Assembly (NCBI GenBank): GCA_964342815.1
Contig: CAYFHS010000023.1
Coordinates: 1 to 59,958, forward strand
DNA length: 59,958 nucleotides
Origin: an uncultured archaeon
GTDB taxonomy: Archaea; Thermoplasmatota; Penumbrarchaeia; JASLWR01
Direction of reading: 5' to 3'
A program made the translations under genes and the position numbers. Shown here piece by piece: positions 19,201-27,559 of the stretch; position 1 is the first letter of the stretch, and each line of letters opens with the position of its first letter. Below the pieces are notes generated by a model. It was not told where the DNA came from. It saw nothing but the letters and a program-made list of their open reading frames with translations, and ran no database searches.

Positions 19201-22200
19201 AGAGGTCGATAACGCCGAAGTAAGGGTATACGATGCAAACGGCATTCTCCTTTCAATTGGAAACACATCCGGTGGTTTCGAACTTTTCAATCTTTCCATG
19301 GGGAACTATACCTATGTACTCACTCACAATCTGAAAACCTTAATGAGTGGCAGGTTCTATTCCTACACCAACGGTTACCCGAACCACCCCCCAACCGCCA
19401 ACATTTCCCATCCCCGTAACGGCAGTACATATCTCGTGGGCAATAACATATATTTCGATGCAGGCAATTCAACAGATACCGATGTAAATGATTCAATGCA
19501 CTTCAGCTGGAGATCCGACCTGGATGGTATAATTTCACATAAAGAGAACTTCAATACCAGTACTTTATCCATAGGAAATCACGTTATCACGCTTCACTGT
19601 GACGACGGTCACGATAACAACGTTTCCACTTCGATCATTGTTCGAATACTTCCACCCAATAAACTACCGCTTGCGGACGCAGGCCCGGATAAAAATTCTT
19701 TTATCAACGAAGCGGTGGATTTCCTTGGCAGCGCCAGTGATCCCGATGGTATGCTTGTTCAGTTCGAGTGGGATTTCAACGGGGATGCCATATATGATTG
19801 GAGCAGTGATCAGAACGGACCCGCCAACCACAGTTACAATTCCCCCGGGAACTATCGAGCAAGGTTCAGAGTGACTGACGAGCGGGGGGGGGTGGGGTTG
19901 GACACCTGCAATGTGAGCGTCCTGTACAGGAACCGCCCACCTGTGCCCGATGCCGGCGTTAATATTACATTATATACCGGTGAAAAATGTGTACTCGACG
20001 GTTCGAACTCCGCCGATCCGGACGGGATATACGGTGATGAGATAGCAGCGTACAACTGGAGCTGTATAACCCATACGGTGGCTCTTGAGGAGGAAAATTC
20101 ATCAAATCCGTATTTCAATCCAATGGAATCCGGTATTTATGAATTCACCTTGAAGGTACAGGATTCTAACGGTGCGTGGTCTCTAAATCACGATACCGTA
20201 TGGATCACAGTGGAAAACCGGATCAATTCCGCACCTATAGCCGAAGCGGGATCGCCCCGAACTGGTTTCATTGGCGATACTTTTATCCTTGACGGCACCA
20301 GTAGTTTTGATCCCGATCCGGAAGGATTTATTGCGGCATATGAATGGAAATGCACGAACCACAGCGACATCATTATCACAAATGCCAGCAGCGCCAGAGC
20401 TTTTTTCACTCCTGATGAGGAAGGGATTTACACATTTTCCCTTAGGGTAAAGGATAACAGGGATGATTGGAGTGAATTCGATTTCGTAAATATAACGGTA
20501 AATGAGATAATAATTCCAAATCAGCCACCTCAAGCCGAAGTTACTCCAGTACAAGAAACAAGAGTATTCGAGGCTGTTACTTTCTCGGCTGCAGGCAGTT
20601 TTGATCCCGACGATGATCTGAACGGGAATGGGAAGATCGACGGAACTGAGAAAGATAACTTGCAGTACAGTTGGGACGTTGACGGGGACGGGAAGACGGA
20701 TACCACGGGAAGAACGACCACCTATGTGTACACCACCCCAGGAACATTCAGGGTAAACCTGACGGTAACCGACCCCGGAGACCTTAGAGATGGCAAAGAT
20801 TTCACCATAGTGGTCAAACCCGAGAACCATCCTCCAGAGGCGAACATCGACCAAGACAGTAATATAGTGTTCAATCTTGGTGAGCCGGGAATTCTGTCAG
20901 CCTACTCCAGCTATGATCAGCAGGAGGATGCGGATGGAAATGGAAAACTGTCGGCGGAGGAGATAAAAAAACTGAATTTCTACTGGGACAAGGACATGGA
21001 TCGAGACAGTGATGGAAATGGTGTTAAGGATGATGATACGGACGGAATCGGGGTGGAATTTATACCGGATTATTCGGGATACGGGAATTATGAGGTGGTT
21101 CTGAGGGTAATTGACCATGAAGGATTAGCAGATAGAGACTCGATAAAAATAAAAATCAATTCACCTCCGCTGGAGCCCAAAATAACCTTTTCCGCGTCAA
21201 CACATGATTACTATCAGAATCAGCCTATAACCCTCCAGGGCAGCTGTCGTGATCCGGACGACATCGACCGGCATCTCAAATACATATGGGACATAGATGG
21301 GAACGGCATGCCAGATGCATACGGAGAAAATGTGGAAATCTCCTACGAAGGATACGGCGAAAGGACAGTTATACTTACGGTGGAGGATCGGAATGGAGCC
21401 AGTACCAAGATAACTAAAAAGATCGAGATACTCCCTCCAATCGAGACAACTGTGGAAGCCCCTGCAATCTTATCCCCTCGAGGAGGGAAGATAACCGCAA
21501 GGACCTTCACGGTGGAGGCTTCTGCCGAGGATGCCAACATCCTGTGGTTGGAAGCAAGTATATCGGGTGGGAAATGGAAGAAAATGAGACGACAATCCGG
21601 CGGAGATATATGGAAATATGATTTCGAGGTGAGGTCAAGTCAAGATATCAACGTTTACGTGAGGGGAGTTCTCAGGGATTTCTCGGGAAGGATCGTTTAT
21701 ACGGAGCGGGCATCGGTCACGGTTCGACAAGGGGATGAACTGAGTGCTGCGAAGAAAGCGGATGAAAAGATATGGGAGGAATACGACATTGAGCTGGGAT
21801 TTGCAGCCGCTGTCCTTATCCTTTTACTGATATTGCTGCTCGTGATGAGAGCCAGGAGGGAACCGGACTATTCAGCCATGATAAAGGAAATATATCGGGA
21901 AAAAGCGAAAAGAAGGAAAAAGGATCTTGAGGAGGAAAATGGGCAGGAGGAAGTAGAAACCCATGGAGACGATAATACCGGACAAGAGGATGTGACGGAA
22001 GAAGATATCGGGGAGGATGCGGAACTTGTCGAAGAAGAGGACGAAGAGGAATTGGAGACCGAGGACAGGGATGAAGAATACATGGTAAGAATGATCGGAG
22101 AGCTGAAAGCCGGGGACGTTTTTCTTTCCTATTCGGGCACAAAAAGAACGGTGATCTCGGTGGATGGACCGGAAATGCAGGTTATCACCGTCACGAAAGA

Positions 22201-22471
22201 CGGGACAGAGAAGAAAGAGAGGATGAACAAGATGATACTTCAACTTCGCGCCGAAGCCATATCTGAGATCATCCCTGGGGAAGTGGAGGTGGATGAGGAA
22301 GCAGACGAGATCGAGGAGACGGGATTACTCCTTGAGCTGGATATAGTGTGTCCACGCTGTGAAAGCCTTTTTCCGGTTGTGAGCCAGGGGGAATGGCCTC
22401 TGGTCATTGACTGTCCGGAATGTAGTGCCAAGGGACGCATTACCGAGAAAATGATGGAAGCTCTTGTTTAA
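16241..22471 (+). CDS. Giant (about 2060 aa) membrane-anchored surface protein with Ca-loop Ig-like repeats, PKD domains, TM, acidic tail and C-terminal Zn ribbon
   Basis: Signal-like RFIAFLTVFFFIFPCIPILF...AVAE; repeated D(F/Y)DGDG..DD modules; PKD motifs (PLADAG...FEWDFNGD...F.VTD); TM IELGFAAAVLILLLILLLVM; CPRC...CPEC. Likely start 16301. Confidence 0.85.
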   Translation: MTNKRQYLNITNNFIMNGVEMNKMNELPLNRFIAFLTVFFFIFPCIPILFDTSAVAENRAEPLPPIQNPAGAVLENNEYFEWVDYSVRDTDDDGRNDTVKISFGVLTEGITERVRVNLTVRNMTGDIVKKDMMEFIARRRGANLTDTNFQYKVGSTGIYNFNLTLHDTTHNKVEDHSNRTNVSLYFNSRRYSMSLSAIVDDFNGNGTPNDVLVICTDEESLPVINASIHIDGTYMGGTDQRGKLYIYNLSGQHHEADAFYSDYHANTDFDISQPIPDLLLVDPEPMDIDGDSYHDDLRVYVRLPDSTPAVGAIVQIGGSYIGITGIEGWAQFENISMGDYSVRVSYQTPQRAIIYYSYFYAEGPPITQYDMNFYYIYANVINADGGSSNNDLEIYCDVDISDGVTAFVNINATVFNQGAEKIAFANTSYTATGWEFDDQNIYFYNLSEEYHTLRYELFDHNWTLRDVRTQTDVTIYGNDTPINVDKMVDDLDGGGTLNDVLFYAHLKYQNEVNATIKIFFQSNDTEFNSTTTDMWGMAWFDNLPEGEYYFKAYRVVGGLAEYGNFTIYNRFPQTFQTMEHLRDQTGDGFHDDFVIYAYDDQGRPDILTQVTIYEKESGYIIRQGWTRGNLLGPGFFIAENLYTGDYTFTAVHVGPVFEKNISSGIFHSYHDWHYYYMPLFMDVEVFDGNNSGYRDDVLIKVNDSDGQPTNRSSVGIFNYYDYKQKYTNESGEVIFYDLPGGEYNIYAVNHHTDPPMSGESSFISNGPVAIRFGYFSQYIQSRDEDFRRNDVSIAGPVYSSADGWENITVLMNMTYESNGTVHSFENRTFTGVGQNWMVYHFKDIEYDEYSVTLTLFDGNHTQISIKNFTNLLVYEAKPVLNSYAVLMSKSLFYLRATYVGESFFRSTYELYNSTGLINRTGGVERKSFGGLFPDEYWWNITEESRNLTDHGELLIDGNYTFSSYLGDYDNDGYYDDFYLYLSYTNYTEVDNAEVRVYDANGILLSIGNTSGGFELFNLSMGNYTYVLTHNLKTLMSGRFYSYTNGYPNHPPTANISHPRNGSTYLVGNNIYFDAGNSTDTDVNDSMHFSWRSDLDGIISHKENFNTSTLSIGNHVITLHCDDGHDNNVSTSIIVRILPPNKLPLADAGPDKNSFINEAVDFLGSASDPDGMLVQFEWDFNGDAIYDWSSDQNGPANHSYNSPGNYRARFRVTDERGGVGLDTCNVSVLYRNRPPVPDAGVNITLYTGEKCVLDGSNSADPDGIYGDEIAAYNWSCITHTVALEEENSSNPYFNPMESGIYEFTLKVQDSNGAWSLNHDTVWITVENRINSAPIAEAGSPRTGFIGDTFILDGTSSFDPDPEGFIAAYEWKCTNHSDIIITNASSARAFFTPDEEGIYTFSLRVKDNRDDWSEFDFVNITVNEIIIPNQPPQAEVTPVQETRVFEAVTFSAAGSFDPDDDLNGNGKIDGTEKDNLQYSWDVDGDGKTDTTGRTTTYVYTTPGTFRVNLTVTDPGDLRDGKDFTIVVKPENHPPEANIDQDSNIVFNLGEPGILSAYSSYDQQEDADGNGKLSAEEIKKLNFYWDKDMDRDSDGNGVKDDDTDGIGVEFIPDYSGYGNYEVVLRVIDHEGLADRDSIKIKINSPPLEPKITFSASTHDYYQNQPITLQGSCRDPDDIDRHLKYIWDIDGNGMPDAYGENVEISYEGYGERTVILTVEDRNGASTKITKKIEILPPIETTVEAPAILSPRGGKITARTFTVEASAEDANILWLEASISGGKWKKMRRQSGGDIWKYDFEVRSSQDINVYVRGVLRDFSGRIVYTERASVTVRQGDELSAAKKADEKIWEEYDIELGFAAAVLILLLILLLVMRARREPDYSAMIKEIYREKAKRRKKDLEEENGQEEVETHGDDNTGQEDVTEEDIGEDAELVEEEDEEELETEDRDEEYMVRMIGELKAGDVFLSYSGTKRTVISVDGPEMQVITVTKDGTEKKERMNKMILQLRAEAISEIIPGEVEVDEEADEIEETGLLLELDIVCPRCESLFPVVSQGEWPLVIDCPECSAKGRITEKMMEALV

Positions 22472-22958
22472 GTAATTTGTATTCCAGGCTTTTGGCAATA
22501 TTCTCCAACTGTTCTTTATCCTGCGAGAAGAAAAGGTGAGATGGGCAGCTGCAATCTGAGCTACCGAATCCCTTAACGGAAGTACAGAGGGATGAAAAAA
22601 TATTTGCGGTACGGCATTCCATTCTTTTTTCAGATTCAGCGGAATCGATCCCATAGGGCTTTGCGATTCCGCGAACATTGTCACAAGTGCAATCTTCGAC
22701 ATCTTGTCTAGCTTTGCACTTGGGGCAATGTATAACTGTCCAAACGCTTATCACCTGGCTGAGCTCCAAAAGATAATCCACGTGCCAGAATATTTTTTTC
22801 GAATCGCCCAGATGGCGGGAGATCCTTGATTCCAGCGAGTTGAGGGCCGAGCCGGAATAGGCGTAATAACCCCCCCTGAAACTTAGCTGACCAAGCGCCC
22901 CTACCCTAATTATCGTATCCTTTTTTAAGCGAATAATGAGTAAGTAGCTGCCTTTCAT
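22440..22958 (-). CDS. GIY-YIG (Uri superfamily, DUF123-like) nuclease with Cys-rich insertion
   Basis: KGSYLLII...VGALG...GYYAYSGSALNSLESRISRH...FWHVDYLL...EC...GFGSSDCSCPSHLF. Confidence 0.85.
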   Translation of the reverse strand: MKGSYLLIIRLKKDTIIRVGALGQLSFRGGYYAYSGSALNSLESRISRHLGDSKKIFWHVDYLLELSQVISVWTVIHCPKCKARQDVEDCTCDNVRGIAKPYGIDSAESEKRMECRTANIFSSLCTSVKGFGSSDCSCPSHLFFSQDKEQLENIAKSLEYKLLKQELPSFSR

Positions 22959-23105
22959 TTTGCTTTCTCCGTCGAAGGATTTTTTTATGAAATTACCGTG
23001 GTGTCGAGAATATTTATTTCATATAGGTCTCAAAATAATTAAATATCTTTATTCGGTTGAATAGCAGTGATCATTTAATAATAATTCTTTGCGCGAGGCA
23101 TTCTT

Positions 23106-26100
23106 ATGAAAGAAAGGACGATACTGGTTTTACTTGTTTTTATACTACTGACGGTTCCCCTGAAACTGAATTGGTCCGTCACGGGAAAAGAAGCTGATAC
23201 AGGGAACAGAGAAGAAGAATATCTCGATAACACCAATTTCGAAGGTGACCGGGATAACGAAGCTGTTACATTCACCAAGGTCACCGATGAGGCAGGTCTA
23301 ACGGGGAAGAGCTCCAATCACTTCGCCTGGGGCGACTACAACAACGACGGAAACCAGGACCTGTTGATGGGATCGAAGCTGTACCGGAACAACGGAGCGC
23401 CAGGCTGGAACTTCACTGATGTGACCTCGTCAGCCGGTATTAGCGGTGGGGGAAACGGCGTCTGGGCGGATTACGATAACGACGGCGACCTGGATTTCTA
23501 CACTTCTGGTAACAAGCTGTGGATGAACAACGGTGCTCCTGGTTACAATTTCACAGACGAGACGGTGGCGGCAGGAAATCTAACCACGCCCGATCCCACC
23601 ATGGCTGCAGGATGGGGTGACTTCGACCGGGACGGAGACGTTGACCTGTACATGGTGAACGGTGAGAGGTACAACGACGGCAGCCCGTCATTCTATGCGG
23701 ACATCTTCTACAGCAACAACGGGGACGGGACCTTTACCGATAGAACAGTGCAGACGGGGCTTGACACTTCCAATAAAAAAGCGTATGGGCGAAGCGTGAA
23801 CTGGGGTGACTACAACAACGACGGCTGGATAGATATTCACGTGGGAAACTATCGTTTATGTCCCAACTACCTATGGCGAAATGACCGGGACGGGACCTTC
23901 ACCGACGTTGCGGCAGAGACGAATACCACCGGAGATTATGATGACGACCGTTATTATGACCAGCAGGCGCAGGATACCTATGGGGACGGAACTTGGGGGC
24001 CGACCTACGGCCACACCATCGGATCGGCCTGGGGGGACCTTGACAACGACGGCGACCTGGATCTCTGGGATTCGAATCTCGTACATAAATATGTGGGTCC
24101 CACCAACTGGCCCAATATGCCGTATGATATTCGGGGTTACGTATGCGATGACTCGAAGATATATGAAAACAGCGGCGCTCCGGGTTACGTTTTCTCAGAT
24201 ATGCGGCCAACCTCGGGGATCGCCTACAAACCCATAGGCGGGCAGGGCAAATACATAGGAGATGAATTGTGGTCTGGAGTGGCCATGGGGGATTATGACA
24301 ATGACGGCGACCTCGATGTGTTCGTGCCACAAATATATGATCTCGAATATGCTCCATCGCTTCTGTACAGGAACAATGACGACGGGACCTTCACCGAGAT
24401 GGCTAACGGACTGGGGCTGCAGAGTTTCAACCATTACGGTGGAAGCTGGTGCGATTACGATAACGATGGCGACCTGGATCTGATATCAGGAGGGAAAAAA
24501 CCGTTTTCCGGCGGCACATACGAAGCCCATCTATTCAGAAACAATGGAAATTCCAATCATTACATCCATGTTGATCTTGTGGGAACTGAAAATAATAAAA
24601 TAGGATTGGGGGCGCGGGTAAGGGTAGTTTCGGAAGGAGAAAGCCAGATACGAGAGGTGGAGGGAGGAATGGGCAGCCACGGACATCAGAATTCCATAAC
24701 GGTGGAATTCGGGTTGGGCTCAAAGACCACCATCGACGAGGTGGAGGTCACCTGGCCCGATGGAAAGACACAGTTAATAGCAAATCCTGGTATCGACCGG
24801 GTGCTAAAAATTACAGAGAGCGACAAGGCACCGTCCATTTCCAGCGTAACCGTGTCCAAGACCGATGTGGATGAGGATGAGAAAATAACATTCGGGGGAA
24901 CAGCCACGGACCCGGATGGAACCATATCGAAATACGAATGGGATTTCGATGGCGACGGTATCTATGATTACAGCTCACCTAATTCGGCAACGGTGGACCA
25001 CAGTTATCCGAAGCAGGGGGAATTTTTCGCAAAGCTGAGGGTCTGGGACAATACCGGGCTGCTGGGAGACGCGGAAAGTACATCTTATATCACCGTGAGC
25101 AACCTTCCACCGGTTGCGTATATTACGGGGGATACCGGGGGACAAGAGGCGCAAAAACTCCGTTTTTCCGGCGCGGGCAGCTCAGACACTGCAAACGATC
25201 TCGAGAACCTCTCATATAACGTGGATTTTGGTGACGGGAACGGCACGGGCTGGGTGAACTTTACAGAGTACGGCCACATCTACCCTGAGATGGGTACATA
25301 CACGGTGATGCTCACGGTAAAGGACGATGATGGGGAAACATCCAGCGATACGCTGCGGGTGACTGTGAATAACATGGTCCCAATTCCGCAAATATTCAGC
25401 GTCACGGAAGGTGAGGAGGATACCGAGATCTTCTTCGAAGCTACCTGCAACGATACTTCGGGAGACATTGATCTTATTAGATATGCATGGGACTTCGGTG
25501 ATGATGACGACACTGAGTTCAGTACTGAGAATACCACATCCCATACTTACACGGAGCAGGGGATATATACCGTAATCCTCAGGGTAAAGGACAGACACAA
25601 TACCCTAAATTCCACCTCACAGACCTTGAATATTTCAAACGTTCCGCCCAGGTGCACCTCCATCGAAAGGATCGTGGGTGATGAAGACGAACCTGTTTCC
25701 TTCTACGGTGATGGTTTCGATACCGTTTCGGACGAAGATATTCTTCGGTATCAATGGGATTTCGGTGACGGAACTATCTCGACACTGCTGGGCATGCTGC
25801 CCATCAGCCATACCTACACGCAAGCGGGCAATTACACGGCGGTAATGACGGTATTTGACGACGACGAGGATACCGGCCAGTGCCATGTGAACGTTACAAT
25901 CCGCAACATACTTCCGGAACTCGAGCTTGAAATATCTACGGATAATGTTTACGAAGACGACATGGTAGAATTCAAAGGATCCGGTACGGATACCGACTCG
26001 GACGAGGATGATCTTGTTTACCGAATAAATTTTGGTGACGGAAACGATACCGATTGGCAGGACGAGGCGGATTTCAGTCATTCGTATAACCTTTCTGGAC

Positions 26101-27503
26101 AGTACAAGGCAATAATGGAAATAATGGATAACAGCAACGGCACCACCCAGGCATCGGTGAATGTGGAAGTGATGAACAAGGCTCCAACGGCTTCATTCAG
26201 CTATTCACCTAAGAGGAACATAGATGAGATGACTGAAATAAGCTTTGATGCAAGCGCAAGCACGGATACGCCATCGGACAAAGGCGGACTTAATTATACA
26301 TGGAAAATGGGTGCAAAGACGACAATTTACGGTAAACGGGTGGTTCATACATTCATTTCTTCAGGAAAACAACCGGTTAAGCTCACCGTAAGAGATGATG
26401 ATGGGCAGACCGGTTCATTTAGCCAGGCTCTCAGTATAGAGAACATCGATCCGGTGGCCAAGATAAATCAATTGGAAATCAAGGTAATGGTGGGCGAGCA
26501 GGTGGAATTCGACGCAAGCGGTTCAACCGATTCGCCGGGTGACATGGAAGGACTGGAGTATGAGTGGAGGATCGGCTCTGCAAAAAAGTACGGGATGAAG
26601 ATCCAGCACACCTTCGATGCACCGGATACCTACAAGGTATATCTTACCGTTACGGATGAGGACGGAGCTTCGAGTGAAACACTATTAAAGGTCACTGTTA
26701 CCGGCGGAACCGCCGAGAAAACAGGGGAAACAGGTGGAACGGTTTCATGGACGATGGTTGGTATCATAATCATCATCATTTTGGTAGTTGTGGTCGTGGT
26801 TATGATCCTATTGCGAAAGAAAAAGAAACCAGAGCTAGAGACCGACCTGCAGGACGAGGAATTGAAATTTGCATATCAGGGAGAGAATAAGGAGGAAGAG
26901 CCTGCCGTCTCTTCGATTCAACTGACCGATGATGCGGCAACAGCCCAGACGGAAAGTCCGATCTGCACCGGCTGCGGCCGGTCATCCCAGTACTACTCTG
27001 AATACGATTGCTACTGGTGCGAGGCATGTCAGGCATATGTATATGCCCAGGAATCTTCCGGAACCGGGCTGGAAAGAAACTTCCCCGTGGAGGATTCACC
27101 ACAGCTTTCCTCTCTCGACGCTATGGGGGAACTGCCCGTTACCACAACTTTCGTGGAAAATGAACCCCTCAAAGCACTCCCTGAAGCCCGGCTGGACCAG
27201 GTATTCGACGGGATTGAAGAGCTAAAGACCGAGGAAGGGGCTGAAGTCCGGGTTGGATCGGATTTCGGGGTTGGAACCGCAGGTATGGAAAGCGTTCGGG
27301 AGCCCAGAGAGAAAAGTTTCGAAACTGCGGCAAAGACTGAAAAAGACGGCCAAACCGGGCCGCCTGAAGGAAGCTCCGCTCAACCCGGGAAACCCGAAAC
27401 TGAAGGCAGTTCATTACCACCGGTGGTAACAGCACCCACGGAAGAAAAACCTCAAAAAATTATTAGAAAGAAAGTGGTGCGAAAAGTGGTAAAGAAGAAA
27501 TAG
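23106..27503 (+). CDS. FG-GAP/VCBS-repeat plus ASPIC/UnbV (CRTAC1-like) surface protein with 7 PKD domains, TM and Zn-finger tail
   Basis: Many WGDYNNDG/WGDFDRDGDxD repeats; GLGARVRV...REVEGGMGSHGHQNSITVEFGLG (ASPIC/UnbV); WDFGDG PKD repeats; TM then RKKKK. Confidence 0.9.
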   Translation: MKERTILVLLVFILLTVPLKLNWSVTGKEADTGNREEEYLDNTNFEGDRDNEAVTFTKVTDEAGLTGKSSNHFAWGDYNNDGNQDLLMGSKLYRNNGAPGWNFTDVTSSAGISGGGNGVWADYDNDGDLDFYTSGNKLWMNNGAPGYNFTDETVAAGNLTTPDPTMAAGWGDFDRDGDVDLYMVNGERYNDGSPSFYADIFYSNNGDGTFTDRTVQTGLDTSNKKAYGRSVNWGDYNNDGWIDIHVGNYRLCPNYLWRNDRDGTFTDVAAETNTTGDYDDDRYYDQQAQDTYGDGTWGPTYGHTIGSAWGDLDNDGDLDLWDSNLVHKYVGPTNWPNMPYDIRGYVCDDSKIYENSGAPGYVFSDMRPTSGIAYKPIGGQGKYIGDELWSGVAMGDYDNDGDLDVFVPQIYDLEYAPSLLYRNNDDGTFTEMANGLGLQSFNHYGGSWCDYDNDGDLDLISGGKKPFSGGTYEAHLFRNNGNSNHYIHVDLVGTENNKIGLGARVRVVSEGESQIREVEGGMGSHGHQNSITVEFGLGSKTTIDEVEVTWPDGKTQLIANPGIDRVLKITESDKAPSISSVTVSKTDVDEDEKITFGGTATDPDGTISKYEWDFDGDGIYDYSSPNSATVDHSYPKQGEFFAKLRVWDNTGLLGDAESTSYITVSNLPPVAYITGDTGGQEAQKLRFSGAGSSDTANDLENLSYNVDFGDGNGTGWVNFTEYGHIYPEMGTYTVMLTVKDDDGETSSDTLRVTVNNMVPIPQIFSVTEGEEDTEIFFEATCNDTSGDIDLIRYAWDFGDDDDTEFSTENTTSHTYTEQGIYTVILRVKDRHNTLNSTSQTLNISNVPPRCTSIERIVGDEDEPVSFYGDGFDTVSDEDILRYQWDFGDGTISTLLGMLPISHTYTQAGNYTAVMTVFDDDEDTGQCHVNVTIRNILPELELEISTDNVYEDDMVEFKGSGTDTDSDEDDLVYRINFGDGNDTDWQDEADFSHSYNLSGQYKAIMEIMDNSNGTTQASVNVEVMNKAPTASFSYSPKRNIDEMTEISFDASASTDTPSDKGGLNYTWKMGAKTTIYGKRVVHTFISSGKQPVKLTVRDDDGQTGSFSQALSIENIDPVAKINQLEIKVMVGEQVEFDASGSTDSPGDMEGLEYEWRIGSAKKYGMKIQHTFDAPDTYKVYLTVTDEDGASSETLLKVTVTGGTAEKTGETGGTVSWTMVGIIIIIILVVVVVVMILLRKKKKPELETDLQDEELKFAYQGENKEEEPAVSSIQLTDDAATAQTESPICTGCGRSSQYYSEYDCYWCEACQAYVYAQESSGTGLERNFPVEDSPQLSSLDAMGELPVTTTFVENEPLKALPEARLDQVFDGIEELKTEEGAEVRVGSDFGVGTAGMESVREPREKSFETAAKTEKDGQTGPPEGSSAQPGKPETEGSSLPPVVTAPTEEKPQKIIRKKVVRKVVKKK

Positions 27504-27559
27504 AATTAATCGCATGATACGCCCTTCATTATCAAACCGGTCTCCACGGAGGGTTCTCA

